Assembly (NCBI GenBank): GCA_000388065.2
Contig: KB932210.1
Reading direction: 5' to 3' (one strand)
DNA: 8,017 bases
From: Fonticula alba ATCC 38817
Lineage: Eukaryota > Protista > Nucleariida
The first letter of the stretch is position 1, and each line of letters starts with the position of its first letter. Below the pieces are notes generated by a model. It had not been told where the DNA came from. It did no database searches and saw nothing but the letters and a program-made list of their open reading frames with translations. A program made the position numbers and the translations under genes. This document shows, piece by piece, positions 6,540 to 8,017 of this stretch.

Positions 6540-8017
6540 CTGGCCCTGCCGGCCGGGGCGTCGCCCATGCGCTGCGTGCCGGCCTGCCCGGTGGGCTACA
6601 ATGCCTCGGGCGCCGGGTGCAGCCCCTGCGGGTCTCGCTGCGCCAGCTGCCCCGACCAGCCGGCCACCTGCGCCCTGTGCGAGCGGGGCTGGCTGCTGGC
6701 CAGCCCGGACTGCGTGGCCGAGTGCCCGGCCGGGAGCTCGTCCCTGGGCGGGCTGTGCTCCGCGTGCCATGGCACCTGCGCGACATGCCACGGCCCGGGG
6801 CCGGAGCACTGCCTCACCTGCAAGCCGGACACCCCGCTGTCCATGAATGGGCGCTGCTACGCCGCCTGCCCGGATGGCACCTTCCAGCTGAATGGCTCCT
6901 GCGCGCCGTGCAGCGCCTTCTGCGGCACATGCACCGGGCCCGGCAGCACGCAATGCACCGGCTGCCCCGAAGGCCGGGTCGTGTATGACGGCGCCTGCCT
7001 GGGCGCCTGCCCGGGGGGCTTCTATGCCGAGGCCGGGGCCTGCCATCGGTGCCAGGCGCCGTGCACCACGTGTGCCGGCCCGGGCGCCTGCACCGGCTGC
7101 CGGCCCGGGGACTTCCTCGACCCTGCCGGGGGCTGCGGCGCAGACTGCCCGGCCGGCTGGCACGGGTGCCCCTCCTCCGGGCGGTGTATGGCCTGCGGCG
7201 GGAATTGCGCCGCCTGCCAGACGGTGGGCGCCGACTGCGCGGCCCGGTGCTCCGCCTGCGAGGGCGGCCATGTCCTTTCGGATGGCCGCTGCCACCGGGC
7301 CTGCCCGGCCGGGGAGTATGCGCCCGAGGGGTCGGGCTCGTGCCATGCGTGCGATGTGTCCTGCACGACGTGCGCCCAGCGCGCGGACCGGTGCACCGGC
7401 TGCCCGGCCGGGGTGCTGGTCGTGGACACCGGGCTGTGTGTCGGCTCGTGCCCGGGCCACACCGCGCCCTTTGAGGGGGTGTGCCTGAGCTGCGCCGCCG
7501 GGTGCGACCGGTGTGCGGCCGGCCGGGCGCAGGCCGGGTGCGAGGTCCAGGCCGATGGGCAGCTCCTCTGTCCGGAGATGCAGCGGTGCCTGGCCTGCGA
7601 GCCCGGGCTCCTCCTGCTGGACGGTGCCCTTTGCGTGGGCGAGTGCCCGCGCGGGACCTTCGCCGCCGACGCCGACGCGGCCGTCCCGGCGTGCGAGCAC
7701 TGCCACGCGAAGTGCGCGACCTGTCACGGCCCCGGCCCGAGGGATTGCACGCAATCCCCGGGCTCGCCCAGCTCGCGCGTCGGCCTGGCCGTGGGCCTAT
7801 CCATGGGGCTGGTCCTGCTGCTGGGCCTGGTGATCGTGGCGGTGGTCTTCCTTGTGCGCCATCGCCAGCGGCCCGGGCCCGCGGCCCCGAAGGACCTGGA
7901 CGCCGAGGACGCCACCATGCTGAACACCATCGTGGAGCTGGCCCTGCCCGGGGCCATCCTGGTCGGTGTCGACACGGACTTCCGGCCGCTGGACGAGCAG
8001 CTGGGCGCCGGGACCCA
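6540..8017 (+). CDS. Post-gap part of the receptor kinase (3'-partial): 8 furin-like repeats, TM helix, juxtamembrane segment, start of kinase domain
   Basis: Frame +3 is stop-free to the window end (absent from the ORF track): LALPAGASPMRCVPACPVGYNASGAGCSPCGSRCASC...CEHCHAKCATCHGPGPRDCTQSPGSPSSR-VGLAVGLSMGLVLLLGLVIVAVVFLV-RHRQR...EDATMLNTIVELALPGAILVGVDTDFRPLDEQLGAGT. Continuity with exon 2 across the gap is inferred from the shared repeat type. Confidence 0.9.
   Translation, partial: MALPAGASPMRCVPACPVGYNASGAGCSPCGSRCASCPDQPATCALCERGWLLASPDCVAECPAGSSSLGGLCSACHGTCATCHGPGPEHCLTCKPDTPLSMNGRCYAACPDGTFQLNGSCAPCSAFCGTCTGPGSTQCTGCPEGRVVYDGACLGACPGGFYAEAGACHRCQAPCTTCAGPGACTGCRPGDFLDPAGGCGADCPAGWHGCPSSGRCMACGGNCAACQTVGADCAARCSACEGGHVLSDGRCHRACPAGEYAPEGSGSCHACDVSCTTCAQRADRCTGCPAGVLVVDTGLCVGSCPGHTAPFEGVCLSCAAGCDRCAAGRAQAGCEVQADGQLLCPEMQRCLACEPGLLLLDGALCVGECPRGTFAADADAAVPACEHCHAKCATCHGPGPRDCTQSPGSPSSRVGLAVGLSMGLVLLLGLVIVAVVFLVRHRQRPGPAAPKDLDAEDATMLNTIVELALPGAILVGVDTDFRPLDEQLGAGT
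7779..7856 (+). other. Transmembrane helix (type I orientation)
   Basis: 26 uncharged, mostly aliphatic residues followed by basic RHRQR (positive-inside rule). Confidence 0.9.
8001..8017 (+). other. Probable kinase subdomain I Gly-rich loop start (LGAGT[Q/H])
   Basis: F-x5-LGxG spacing (DFRPLDEQLGAG) 48 aa after the TM helix matches kinase beta1/G-loop, and the upstream neighbour is a kinase. Only 5 codons are visible, so the kinase call is inferred. Confidence 0.65.

Noticed and set aside
6538-6988. Frame +2 continuation after the gap as given in the ORF track
   Set aside because: The FU-repeat pattern and codon bias are in frame +3 after the gap; the frame +2 peptide is meaningless.
5678-7750. 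Calling the gene furin/PCSK, EGFR/insulin receptor or Giardia VSP
   Set aside because: No subtilisin domain, L-domain LRR pattern or CRGKA tail is visible. Only the generic FU-like repeat is shared, so no gene symbol is assigned.

Overview
Very GC-rich eukaryotic genomic DNA (spliceosomal GT-AG intron, AATAAA signal) with two head-to-tail + strand genes. (1) 1-432 is the C-lobe and stop codon of a TKL-like Ser/Thr protein kinase. (2) From 2574 to beyond the window end is a large single-pass receptor kinase: signal peptide, ~370 aa Cys-poor module, short furin-like (FU) Cys-rich cluster split by a 284-nt intron, ~430 aa Cys-poor module with a beta-propeller-like pattern, at least 13 FU-like repeats interrupted by an assembly gap (6323-6537), a TM helix, a 48 aa juxtamembrane segment and the first residues of a kinase Gly-rich loop. 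The supplied ORF track misses the real post-gap frame (+3, 6540-8017) because it runs off the window; most other long ORFs are GC-driven shadows. The 2.1 kb spacer carries a CAG/CAA tract (34 Gln-frame codons), (GCGGT)5, a C7G17 run and palindromes. It has no + strand stop triplet in any frame from 1087 to 2694 and has coding-like patches. From memory, the style resembles the expanded FU-repeat TKL receptor kinases of the amoeba Fonticula alba; this attribution is inference, not verified. Nothing here is demonstrably a new system. The best leads are the receptor ectodomain architecture, the tandem receptor array and the unexplained spacer.
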